Source: an uncultured Ruminococcus sp. (GTDB lineage Bacteria > Bacillota > Clostridia > Oscillospirales > CAG-272). Taken from it: DNA of 64,000 nt. Positions 28,632 through 37,800 of this stretch are shown here, in pieces. The first letter of the stretch is position 1. Each line of letters begins with the position of its first letter. Under the pieces are notes generated by a model. It searched no databases. It was not told where the DNA came from and saw only the letters and a list, made by a program, of their open reading frames with translations. A program made the translations under genes and the position numbers. The DNA lies in the NCBI GenBank assembly GCA_902778145.1, contig CACYWW010000003.1, positions 6,633 through 70,632 on the forward strand, written 5' to 3'.

Positions 28632-29112
28632 AAACAAGAATTTCAACGACGCCATGAGAGACGCGATCCAGAATCTTTCCGAGATCGCCGGTACGGATAC
28701 GATAATAGGCGATCCCATGACGACTCAGAACGGCACGATGATAATCCCGGTATCGAAGGTCTCCGTCGGCTTTGCCACGGGCGGATCTGATTTTGTAGGC
28801 AAGCACTCGAAGGAAACGAACGTCGCCAACAGCTTTTCCGGAGCCGGCGGCGGCGGTATAACCGTATCACCCGTCGCGTTCCTCGTGATCTCTCCCGAGG
28901 GCGACGCAAAGATCCTCAACATTAACAATCCGATGGATTCGAACGTCGATCTCGGAACGAGCGTGGTTTCGCTTCTCAACAAGACACCGACGATCATCGA
29001 CAAGATCAAATCCATATTCAAGAAGAACAAGGAAGAGTCGCAGAAGGAAGCCGAGCCCGAGGAGCTCGACCTTTCCGACGTCATAGAGGAACCGGAAGAA
29101 AAAAGCGAATGA
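28624..29112 (+). CDS. ytfJ: Sporulation protein YtfJ (GerW family)
   Basis: The start was moved to the ATG at 28624 (MAENKNFNDAM...). Motifs IIGDPMTTQNGTMIIPVSKVSVGFATGG and GGGGITVSPVAFLVI are typical. Confidence 0.85.
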   Translation: MAENKNFNDAMRDAIQNLSEIAGTDTIIGDPMTTQNGTMIIPVSKVSVGFATGGSDFVGKHSKETNVANSFSGAGGGGITVSPVAFLVISPEGDAKILNINNPMDSNVDLGTSVVSLLNKTPTIIDKIKSIFKKNKEESQKEAEPEELDLSDVIEEPEEKSE

Positions 29113-29165
29113 TCCCGGCGCCGCCCGCATAAGATCTTAACGGATAAACTCCGGGAGGTATCCTT

Positions 29166-30263
29166 ATGCGCAGGATCGCAGCGGTTTTACTGATCATGGT
29201 CATATCGGCGCTCACCGCCTTGTGCGCGGTGTGTACGGACGGCGTATATATTTCAGCCGAAACGGCGGTGCTGATCAACGCGTCGACCGGCGAGGAGCTT
29301 TTCTCGCGCGGAGCCGACAAACGTATGCAGCCGGCGAGCATGACGAAGATCATGACGGCGCTGGTAGCGCTCGAACAGCTCGGCACCGAAGCGGCGGTGA
29401 CCGTAACGCCGTCATCGGTCGGTATCGAAGGCTCGTCAGCTTATCTTGAGGCCGGTGAGGTATTCACGTCGGAGGAGCTGATGTACGCGCTTCTGCTCGG
29501 CAGCGCGAACGACGCTGCCGTCGCGCTCGCGGAAGCCTGCGGCGGAGTTGAGCGCTTTGTTGGTCTGATGAACGGAAAGGCTTCACTGCTCGGGCTTTAC
29601 GGTACGCACTTCAGCAATCCGCACGGCCTTTCCGACAAGGATCATTACAGCACCGCGCGGGACATCGCGCGTCTGCTCACCGTATGTATGAGGGATCCGC
29701 GTTTTGCCGCGATAAGCGGCGCCGTCCGGTACGATATAACGCCGTCTTTCAGGCACCACGGGATAAGCCTGACGAACCACAACAAACTGCTTCTCACAGC
29801 AGACGGCGTTATCTCCGGAAAGACCGGGTATACAAGATCGAGCGGTCGCTGTCTTTGCTCTTATTACGAAAAGGACGGACTTTGTCTCTGCGCCGTCACA
29901 ATGAACGATCCGCGCGACTGGGAAGACCATAAAGCGCTGTACGGATACGGAGAGTCGCTTTATCAGAGAGTGCGGTTCGACGTTGACGAGGTGTACGGGC
30001 TTCATATCGTCGGCGGGCTCGTCGATCATATTGACTGCACGCTTGAAAGATCGTTCACCGTCGCCGTCAGGCGCGGAGCGCGGATCGAAAAAACGATCAT
30101 GATGCGGCGTTTCGAATACGCGCCGGTCGCGGCGGGAGAACAGGTCGGTGTCGTCGTATGGACCGCGGACGGCGAGATATTACACACTGAAAAGCTATAT
30201 TCAGACAACAAGGCGGAAGCCGAAAAAAACGATTTCGGAGATATCTTCAGATGGAGAAAATAA
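29166..30263 (+). CDS. D-alanyl-D-alanine carboxypeptidase (peptidase S11, DacB-like)
   Basis: 365 aa with a signal peptide. Motifs SMTK, SAND and KTGYT. Confidence 0.88.
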   Translation: MRRIAAVLLIMVISALTALCAVCTDGVYISAETAVLINASTGEELFSRGADKRMQPASMTKIMTALVALEQLGTEAAVTVTPSSVGIEGSSAYLEAGEVFTSEELMYALLLGSANDAAVALAEACGGVERFVGLMNGKASLLGLYGTHFSNPHGLSDKDHYSTARDIARLLTVCMRDPRFAAISGAVRYDITPSFRHHGISLTNHNKLLLTADGVISGKTGYTRSSGRCLCSYYEKDGLCLCAVTMNDPRDWEDHKALYGYGESLYQRVRFDVDEVYGLHIVGGLVDHIDCTLERSFTVAVRRGARIEKTIMMRRFEYAPVAAGEQVGVVVWTADGEILHTEKLYSDNKAEAEKNDFGDIFRWRK

Positions 30264-30979
30264 GGATACAGAAGTATTTGTCCGACGCGGGCGTCGCCTC
30301 GCGCCGTGCCGCCGAGGCCGCAGTAGCCGAGGGAAAGGTCACCGTCAACGGCAGAGTCTGTGAGACCGGTCAGAAGGTCGGCGACGACGACGTTATCGTA
30401 TTCCGCGGCAAGCGCGTGAAACGGGAAAACAAGAAGAAAACATACATAATGCTCAACAAACCGCGCGGCTACGTAACGACGAATTCTGACGAGAACGGCA
30501 GAAAATGTACGGCGGATCTCGTGACGGATCTTGAGGACCGCGTTTATCCCGTCGGCAGGCTCGACCGCGACTCGGAAGGGCTTCTGATCCTCACGAACGA
30601 CGGTGAGCTTGCAAACAAGCTCATGCACCCGCGCCACGAAATACCGAAAATATACAACGTCCGTGTCCGCGGCGCGGTCACAGAGGAACAGCTTCAGATA
30701 CTGAGATCTCCGCTTGAGATCGACGGATATACGATAAAGCCGGTGAACGTCGACGTGATAGGTCAGACAGAGGTCAGTACGCTTCTCCGCTTCCGCTTAT
30801 TTGAGGGCAGGAACAGACAGATAAGAAAAATGTGTGAAAAGGCGTCGCTTCCCGTCTCTCGTCTGACGCGCGTGGCGATCGGAGACATCGCCATAGGCGA
30901 TCTCAAGCCGGGAAAATACAAGCACCTGACTCAGGCTCAGATCGATTATCTTCTGAAGCATGCGGAAAAAACGGAATAA
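30251..30979 (+). CDS. rluB: 23S rRNA pseudouridine synthase RluB-like (S4 domain plus RsuA/RluB catalytic domain)
   Basis: 242 aa. S4 motif IQKYLSDAGVASRR and catalytic GRLDRDSEGLLILTNDG. Confidence 0.9.
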   Translation: MEKIRIQKYLSDAGVASRRAAEAAVAEGKVTVNGRVCETGQKVGDDDVIVFRGKRVKRENKKKTYIMLNKPRGYVTTNSDENGRKCTADLVTDLEDRVYPVGRLDRDSEGLLILTNDGELANKLMHPRHEIPKIYNVRVRGAVTEEQLQILRSPLEIDGYTIKPVNVDVIGQTEVSTLLRFRLFEGRNRQIRKMCEKASLPVSRLTRVAIGDIAIGDLKPGKYKHLTQAQIDYLLKHAEKTE

Positions 30980-30980
30980 G

Positions 30981-31005
30981 AAAAACAGGCGAAACGCCTG
31001 TTTTT
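30981..31005. terminator. Bidirectional rho-independent terminator
   Basis: aaaaACAGGCGaaaCGCCTGTtttt lies between convergent rluB and the gene at 31011-32078. Confidence 0.85.
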
Positions 31006-31010
31006 CTTAT

Positions 31011-32078
31011 TCAAAGTCTATCGTTTGCGACGACCGTGACCGTCTTTTCCGTCTTATTGCCGGTAAGATCCGCCGCAGTGAGCGTCAGCGTGTGGGTACC
31101 TTTTGTGAGCCTTCCGGCGCGGTCGACCGCACCGTCTGACCAGGTCATGACCACCGACACGGGATCGTGATCGTCCTCCGCTTTGATATCGAGCATAACG
31201 TGTGCGCCCGCGAGCGTTTCGATCTTATCGGTATCGAAAAGAATAACGGGAGGTGTGGTGTCGCGTTCGCCGACGGTCACCGTAAGCGTTTTCTCCGCCT
31301 TGTTTCCGAAGCTGTCGCTTGCTCTGAGAGTCAGCTTATATTCCCCCTTGATCAGGTTGCCTTCACCGTCTGTCGCCTGTTTGTCCCAGACGTATTCCAC
31401 GGGGAACGCGGCTTTTTCCTGATCGTCATATGCGGAAACGTCTGCCGCAAACGGTTTTCCCTCAGTCGTTTCTATATGATCCGGACCGTCGTATACGATA
31501 CGCGGCGGTATATCGTCACCGTCGATAAGCTCTGCGCTGATCTCATCGATATAGGCGGTCGAGCCCCGTGTTCCGTCATGGTTGCGGAAACCGAAGCCGA
31601 ACACACCGAGCATTCCGTCATCGTTTGCCAGTTTTTTCAGCTCCGACGGGTTTGAGAGCACGACGTCCTCCCATTCGCCGGGCTTTTTCGCCTCATGCCG
31701 CATCACCCACGAGACGCCGGCATCGATCGTGATCCTGACCTCGCGTTGTTTGTCCGTATAATATACGCGCATATGCAGCGCCTTTACAACGGACAGCGGT
31801 ATGTTTCTGTCCGAGAAATCCACGGTTATACCGACGGCGGAATCACCGGTCAGACCCATAACGTATCCGGAATACCCGAACGGCACTCCGGCTTCAACAG
31901 CCTCCTCCTGTGAGTAAATATCCATTTTCGAATATCTGTAAGCCGACGTCTTTGGATCATGAGCCGTGATCGGGATCTCCCCTTTTATCTCCTCCTGCCC
32001 CGCCGCGGTCGCCGGGAAAAGTGACGTCATGGCGAGTGTCATACACATCAGAGTGCAAAGAAATCTTCTTATCCTCAT
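31011..32078 (-). CDS. Secreted protein: N-terminal CBM/discoidin-like module plus two Ig-like (DUF5011/HYR-like) repeats
   Basis: 355 aa. Signal peptide (...LFPATAAGQE). Two roughly 80-aa repeats (PPRIVYDGP...TLTVTV and PPVILFDTD...TVTVV). TGATATG-type 4-nt overlap with the upstream phosphatase gene. Confidence 0.65.
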   Translation of the reverse strand: MRIRRFLCTLMCMTLAMTSLFPATAAGQEEIKGEIPITAHDPKTSAYRYSKMDIYSQEEAVEAGVPFGYSGYVMGLTGDSAVGITVDFSDRNIPLSVVKALHMRVYYTDKQREVRITIDAGVSWVMRHEAKKPGEWEDVVLSNPSELKKLANDDGMLGVFGFGFRNHDGTRGSTAYIDEISAELIDGDDIPPRIVYDGPDHIETTEGKPFAADVSAYDDQEKAAFPVEYVWDKQATDGEGNLIKGEYKLTLRASDSFGNKAEKTLTVTVGERDTTPPVILFDTDKIETLAGAHVMLDIKAEDDHDPVSVVMTWSDGAVDRAGRLTKGTHTLTLTAADLTGNKTEKTVTVVANDRL

Positions 32079-33253
32079 GATATTTCCTCCAACAGGTTCG
32101 CTCTTATGGCGTCGAGCTCCGCGTCCGTGAGTCCGAGCTTCAGAAGATAGGCGCGCGTTTTGTCATGCAACGGCTTCTTTTTGCCGGGAGATACGATACT
32201 CTTGAGAGAATCGAGCTGCTGTACCATAAAAGACGGCGCTGTCTTGTCGTCATATCCGCCCATATCGGAGAAAAACGATACTTCATAATCCATATAGACC
32301 TGATCCTCTTCAACTCCGAGCAGCGCGAGAAGCACGAAGGCGAGCGTCCCGGTCCTGTCACGTCCGAGCGAACAGTGGAAATATACCGGCAGATTGTCAG
32401 GATCGGCAAACACGCGAAGCTCCTCGGCAAGCGCCGTTTTGCCGTCGGCGGATGATACTCCCGTATAATACGGCGCCGTTACGCTTACATATTTAACGTT
32501 ATCTCCGAGAGGCGACTTTCCGTTTTTGACGCTGCTCCTCAGGTCGAGCTCGGTCTTTATGCCGAGTATATCAACGGCTTTTTTCACGCCTTCATCCGTG
32601 AGGTGCGCGAAATCCGCGCCGCGAAACACAAGCCCGTATTTCACGCGCTTGCCGTCGGTCGTGGTCTTACCGCCGAGATCGCGCACGTTGGAAACGCCGG
32701 GGATATGTACGGTCCTGGGTGACTGCAGCGTTTCAAACGTGTGTATTTCGGAACGTTCTTTTTCCCCGTTCGCTCCGCTCACCGTCTGCCAGTAATATGT
32801 AGTTCCGGGCAGCAGGTCTTCTATCTCGATACCGTCGCCCGTGCAGAGATACACGTCCGGATCGGACATATCCGGCTTTTCGGATATCAGAAGATTCGTA
32901 TAATCCGCGCCGTCACCCCAGTAAAACCTTACGGGGACCGGCTCGCACTTCTCCGTAAAGTCACAGATACTGTCAAGCTGAGACCGCTTATAGTCCTTTA
33001 CCCATTCCGTCATCTGTTCGTTTAAAAGCGAGATCACGGCGCCGTCAGCCGGCTCGATCGCCGCAGGCTCGGGCAGTTTTTCCGTCACGGGCTCTGTTTG
33101 TTGTTCCATTGTCGTCTCCTCTCCTCCGGCTGTCGTTTCGGCTCCGGCGTCTTTTCCGCTGCACGCGCAGAAAGCGGCGAGGAGCGAAAGAACGAGCAGA
33201 AATATGACAGGTTTAAAATGATCCTTTTTCAATACGGCACCCAACCTTTTCAT
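32075..33253 (-). CDS. Lipoprotein protein-tyrosine phosphatase (CX5R, Y_phosphatase3-like) with an FN3-like N-domain
   Basis: Active site HCSLGRDRTG, SNVRDLGG motif and lipobox LLAAFCACSG. The start was moved to the ATG at 33253, because the track start at 33298 lies within the -35 hexamer (33293..33298). Confidence 0.75.
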   Translation of the reverse strand: MKRLGAVLKKDHFKPVIFLLVLSLLAAFCACSGKDAGAETTAGGEETTMEQQTEPVTEKLPEPAAIEPADGAVISLLNEQMTEWVKDYKRSQLDSICDFTEKCEPVPVRFYWGDGADYTNLLISEKPDMSDPDVYLCTGDGIEIEDLLPGTTYYWQTVSGANGEKERSEIHTFETLQSPRTVHIPGVSNVRDLGGKTTTDGKRVKYGLVFRGADFAHLTDEGVKKAVDILGIKTELDLRSSVKNGKSPLGDNVKYVSVTAPYYTGVSSADGKTALAEELRVFADPDNLPVYFHCSLGRDRTGTLAFVLLALLGVEEDQVYMDYEVSFFSDMGGYDDKTAPSFMVQQLDSLKSIVSPGKKKPLHDKTRAYLLKLGLTDAELDAIRANLLEEIS

Positions 33254-33269
33254 CTTGAATATTGTCTGT

Positions 33270-33298
33270 ATTGTAGCACAAAAAAAACGACGTGTCAA
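33270..33298 (-). promoter_or_regulatory. Sigma-A type promoter (TTGACA-N17-TACAAT) giving a very short leader
   Basis: The reverse complement reads cgTTGACAcgtcgttttttttgtgcTACAATacagacaatattcaagATG. Only 16 nt separate the -10 from the ATG, and no SD is present. Confidence 0.6.
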
Positions 33299-33320
33299 CG
33301 GGAATGTTTAAATTAACCCG

Positions 33321-33349
33321 TTGACAGGCGCCGGACGTTATGATATATT
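33321..33349 (+). promoter_or_regulatory. Sigma-A type promoter (TTGACA-N17-TATATT)
   Basis: cgTTGACAggcgccggacgttatgaTATATTtt, divergent from the phosphatase promoter. Confidence 0.55.
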
Positions 33350-33422
33350 TTATACAGAGTATGCGGAGGATCGAGCCATTGACAACGGTGCAGCGCATAC
33401 GAATGAAAAAAAGGAGAGGTCA

Positions 33423-34100
33423 ATGGATTACAACAAAAACAAAAACTACTTTGAAAACAAGAAGCTGATGCTTTACGGAAGCGGCGCTCTGCTCGTTCTC
33501 GGGCTCGTGCTTTGGTTCGGCCCGTTCTGGGGTCCGGATAACCACTACGTGATGTATATCCTGTCGGTTTTGTCGATCGTTCTCGGAGGCGTGATATTTG
33601 CGATCACGCTCGGCAAACGCTCGAACGATAAGAAAATAGACGAGCAGATAGAAGAAGCCTTCAGGCACTTCGATGAGGAGACGGACGAAAAATTCGATCT
33701 TTATGAACGACAGCTCAGTTTCGTGACTCCGGCGTTTTTTGAGGGGTACAAATACAGTGAAAACTCGATGCTCCGCCGCGACAGATCCGGTGTATACCGC
33801 ACGGACACCTACGTCAAAAACCGCGTCTGCTTCACCGAAGGCTCGGTCGTATTCGCCTCGCGCGAAATATCGCTCATCAAGGATGAGACGATCGACAAAA
33901 GCGAAGAGGTACCGTACCGGGACATAGACCGCGCGACGCTCGAGGACGCGGAGACCGATTACGGCAAGGTGAAGATCAGGTACGAGAACGTCAGGGTAAA
34001 GCTGAAGGACGGCAGAGAGCTCGTTTTTCAGGCGCAGGCGTCTCAGTCGATCGATCAGATGGTCGAGGATATAAACCACCTTGTCGAAAAAAAGAGCTGA
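33423..34100 (+). CDS. Hypothetical two-TM membrane protein with a C-terminal PH/GRAM-like soluble domain
   Basis: The start was moved to the ATG at 33423 (AAGGAGAGG SD). Two hydrophobic helices (aa 15-70) are followed by a charged soluble domain. The opposite-strand ORF 33420..34199 has an antisense-artifact composition. Confidence 0.6.
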   Translation: MDYNKNKNYFENKKLMLYGSGALLVLGLVLWFGPFWGPDNHYVMYILSVLSIVLGGVIFAITLGKRSNDKKIDEQIEEAFRHFDEETDEKFDLYERQLSFVTPAFFEGYKYSENSMLRRDRSGVYRTDTYVKNRVCFTEGSVVFASREISLIKDETIDKSEEVPYRDIDRATLEDAETDYGKVKIRYENVRVKLKDGRELVFQAQASQSIDQMVEDINHLVEKKS

Positions 34101-34142
34101 TATACTTTTCTCGGACACTTGCATGACCCGCAAAATCACGCA

Positions 34143-34180
34143 CCGGCACGGGGCAGGTTTTTCCTTCCCGGCCGGTTTTT
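34143..34180 (+). terminator. Probable rho-independent terminator
   Basis: ccggcacgggg-caggtttttcc-ttcccggccgg followed by ttttt. The stem contains one bulge. Confidence 0.5.
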
Positions 34181-34287
34181 CCGTACCCGCCGAGTGCAAT
34201 TTACATTTTGTTTACATCTAATTCTGTTACCTTTGAGTGCCCTGGACCGTTTTATATTATGAAGACGTAAAAAAGGAGGTCGGCGAT

Positions 34288-34827
34288 ATGCTTTTATTCA
34301 TACCGGATACGCTGCCTGACGACGATAAGCAGCTTATCTCGAAAATGTATGAAAAACACAGCAGAAGGATGTTTGCCGCGGCAAAACAGATCACAAACGA
34401 CAAAGGCGACGCCGAGGACGCCGTGCAGAATGCTTTCGTCTCGATCGTGAAGAACATCGGACGGATAAATATCGACGACGAGGAGGCAATGCGCGGATAT
34501 CTGCTTACCGTCGTTAAAAACGAGGCGGTAAACATTCTGCGCAAGCGCAAAGACAGCGAGCCGGTCGATGAAATGACCGGGATCGCCGACGGCTGCGACG
34601 TTGAATTTCTGACGGAAAAACGCGAGGTATTCGAGTACGCGGTAAAGATCATGTCGGCAATGGATGAGAAATACCGCGCGCCGCTTTATCTTAGTACCGT
34701 CATGGGATTTTCGATAAAAGAGGTTGCAAAGACACTCGGCAGAGATCATAAAACGGTAAAGGTACAGATAAGCAGGGCGAGAAAAATGCTCGCGGACGCG
34801 TTGACGGAGGCGGGATATGAGTTATAA
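34288..34827 (+). CDS. RNA polymerase sigma-70 family, ECF-type (group 4) sigma factor
   Basis: The start was moved to the ATG at 34288 (AAGGAGG SD 8 nt upstream). Region 2 is DAEDAVQNAFVSIVKN. Region 4 HTH is FSIKEVAKTLGRDHKTVKVQISRARKML. Confidence 0.85.
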   Translation: MLLFIPDTLPDDDKQLISKMYEKHSRRMFAAAKQITNDKGDAEDAVQNAFVSIVKNIGRINIDDEEAMRGYLLTVVKNEAVNILRKRKDSEPVDEMTGIADGCDVEFLTEKREVFEYAVKIMSAMDEKYRAPLYLSTVMGFSIKEVAKTLGRDHKTVKVQISRARKMLADALTEAGYEL

Positions 34828-37800
34828 ATATACGTTAAGAGACGTTTTGCTCGAAGAGAGCGAAAAAGAATTCTATTCGATCAAGCCTGACTTCGATTGG
34901 GAAAGATCGGAGAATCATAAAAAAGCAATAAACAAGTTATTTGAAGATAAGCCGTCCGTATTTGAAAAGATCGGATCGTCGCCTTTATACAAGGGACTTT
35001 CGATCGCCGCGGCTGTCGTGATAATCCTCGGCGCTCTGATCGCGATAAGGCCGGTGAGGGAGGCTGTGGCGTCGCTGTTCAAACGCACGCCCGACACCAC
35101 CGAGACCGGACCGCAGACGGAGCCCGGCGGTACGGATACGGTATCGGGCATTATCACGGAGCCGGCCGACACGACCGGGACGGATGTGACGGAGCCGGCC
35201 GATGAAAACGGCAAGCCGCCGGCGCATCTCTGCGTGACGTGCGGCGACGTTACGGTATATCCCGACGTATATCTGATGTGGACTGAGAAATATGACGACA
35301 AATCGGGGGGATGGTTGTCCGGCGACGGTTTCGGCACGGATGATCACATCCCGCTGCTGCACGGAAACAAGATCAGCATCGGGTATGAAGGATATGACGG
35401 CCGCGCGAGTGTAAGCGTACGTCTCGACGGCAATGACGAGCTCATATCGGCTTCCGTTGACGAGGTCAACACGTTCCTCGGTACCGCCGATAAAGGCGTA
35501 TACCGCTTCACCGTCTCGTATCTGTTGACCGGACGTCTGATAGACGGCAAATATGAAAAAACGTGTTTTCAGTACCTGTTCGACGTCGAGGTAAATAACG
35601 GGCAGGAAACGGTTTCGTTCGACGATAAAAGCGGTTCTTCTCCCGTCTATCTAAGCGTGAAAAGCGGTAATAACACGATCTATCCGGTGTCATATCCGGG
35701 CTTTTCGGAAATTTACGACGATGAAGAAAAAGTATGGCAGATGTGCGACCCGATCGGCATCGGAAACGCCGAAAACGTTCCGCTTATCAGATACACGGAC
35801 AGCGGCATTTTCATCGACTATGACGACAGATTTGACGGACCGCTCGACGTCAGCGGGATCAACGTTGTTTATTATATCAACGATGAAGAATACCGCATTA
35901 ACTACGACGATATAAACGCGTTCCTGAACAGCGCGGACGACGGGGTTTACCGTTTTGCCGTATCGTTTATAATCAACGGGCGTTATATCGACAATACGTA
36001 CGAAAGATCTGAGTGGATATACCCGTTTGACGTTGAAGTAAAAAAGGAAACGGAACCGGTGTTTGAAGACTGGGACAAACTCGATATACAGGGGCGCGTG
36101 GAGCGCGCGGTGTACGAGATAACGCATTACGGCATAAACTATCAGCGTTTCAGATACCTTTGCGGAGACGAGCATGAGGATCGCATTTACGACGACGGTG
36201 ACGGATATAATCTCACATATGAATCTCAGGATAATTTCACCTACGGTTATTTCCTTGATCTGTACGATACAGAGACCGATCCTATGCGCAAACAGCTTAT
36301 GTTCGTATATATTTCGTCTTTCCTCACCGGTACGTGGAACGACGAAGAGCACGCCGTACCGTACACTACGCATTATTACCCGCACTTTGACTATTTCAAA
36401 GCAGAATATCTGCCGCGCTTTGACGCGTCCTGGAATACAGAAGGTGACAAGTGGTTACACGAAAACTATTACGACGCACTCTGCAAATACGCGAGATATA
36501 TGACGGAGGACGAGGTAAAGACGAAATACGCGCCGTCATACAAGCTTTTGAAGAAATACGGCTTTAACGACTACGCCGATTCCGCAAAAACGTTTGAGCA
36601 GAAGGCGCAGCGCACGGTAAACGAATTTGTGAACATGGCTCTGTCCGTCAAATACGGCATAGCGGTAAGCGATCCGTCGTCAAACGTGTATTTCAGATTT
36701 GACGAAGGATCCGGCAGAGGAAGCGTATACGATATAGATGACGCCATATATACGGCTTTGCTGAAATACTATACGAAGGAAGAACTCAGCAGATTCGATT
36801 CCGCGCCTGCCGTATACGAGCAGCGTGAGGGAATAAAGAAGATTGACAAGTGGAAGGAATATTTCACTTCTCTTACGACAAAGAGCATAGCCGACGAGTT
36901 TGTAAAGGAAAGCAAATATTTCTTAACTACAAGCGACGGTCTGGTGCTGACGAGCGATCTGTACTATTTCTTCAACACGAACAATTTAAATGCACCGTAC
37001 TTAGGTCACATCGACTTTGAAACGAGCGGCGTTTGTATATACGACGTTGACGGGACCGGGTATTATACCGTACAGTTCAAAGAAGAAAACGGCAAAGTAA
37101 AGATTGTCGGCGGCACGCTCGTAACGGAATGGCTTTACAGAACATTATCACCGGATGAATGCGCAATAAAGGACGTTATAATGGACGCGGAAAAGCTGTT
37201 CCGCGTAATACGGTACGGCATAGTAAGCGATTTCAGATCCTACAGTCACGATATAACGTACAGCATCGAATACGGCAACAACAAAGACCTGCCCGACGGG
37301 CTTGAGGAAAAGCTCGATTTGATGTCAACGTACGAAACATCGGACGGAAAAAAGCATTATTTATCCAATCGGGTAATTCAGTTTTCATACGCGCTTTATA
37401 CGTACGATAACTGGATAAAATACTTTTCAAAAATACTGCCGGAAAAGCTCGTCCGGGAATATATAAAAGAAACTCCGTATTTTCTTATAGTCGGTGAAAG
37501 CGTTTACCTGCTTGACGGAGGGCTGCAGTCGTGGTATGAGATAGACTACGGTACGATGAAGTATCTGGGTGAAAAGGACGGTATAACGACGGTGGCGGCG
37601 GTACTTACCGGCGCTTACGGTCCCGAGATACCGCAGAACGGTTTTGAGGTGACTTTTGAGCTTGAAAAATCAGAAAATGGTTACAAGATTGTCGGCGGGA
37701 CGTTTATCGACGTATTCTTAGACAGCGGCGCGAACAAATCAAAGGCGGCGCACGCGGCATACGAGCTAATACGCGTATCCGATACCCTGCTCTGCGCGGA

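Noticed and set aside
33420-34199. 259-aa minus-strand ORF almost coextensive with the 33423..34100 plus-strand gene
   Set aside because: The plus-strand product has a clear SD, two TM helices and a balanced soluble domain, and a promoter and terminator flank it. The minus-strand product is Arg/Val/Leu/Phe-rich with no start-site signals.
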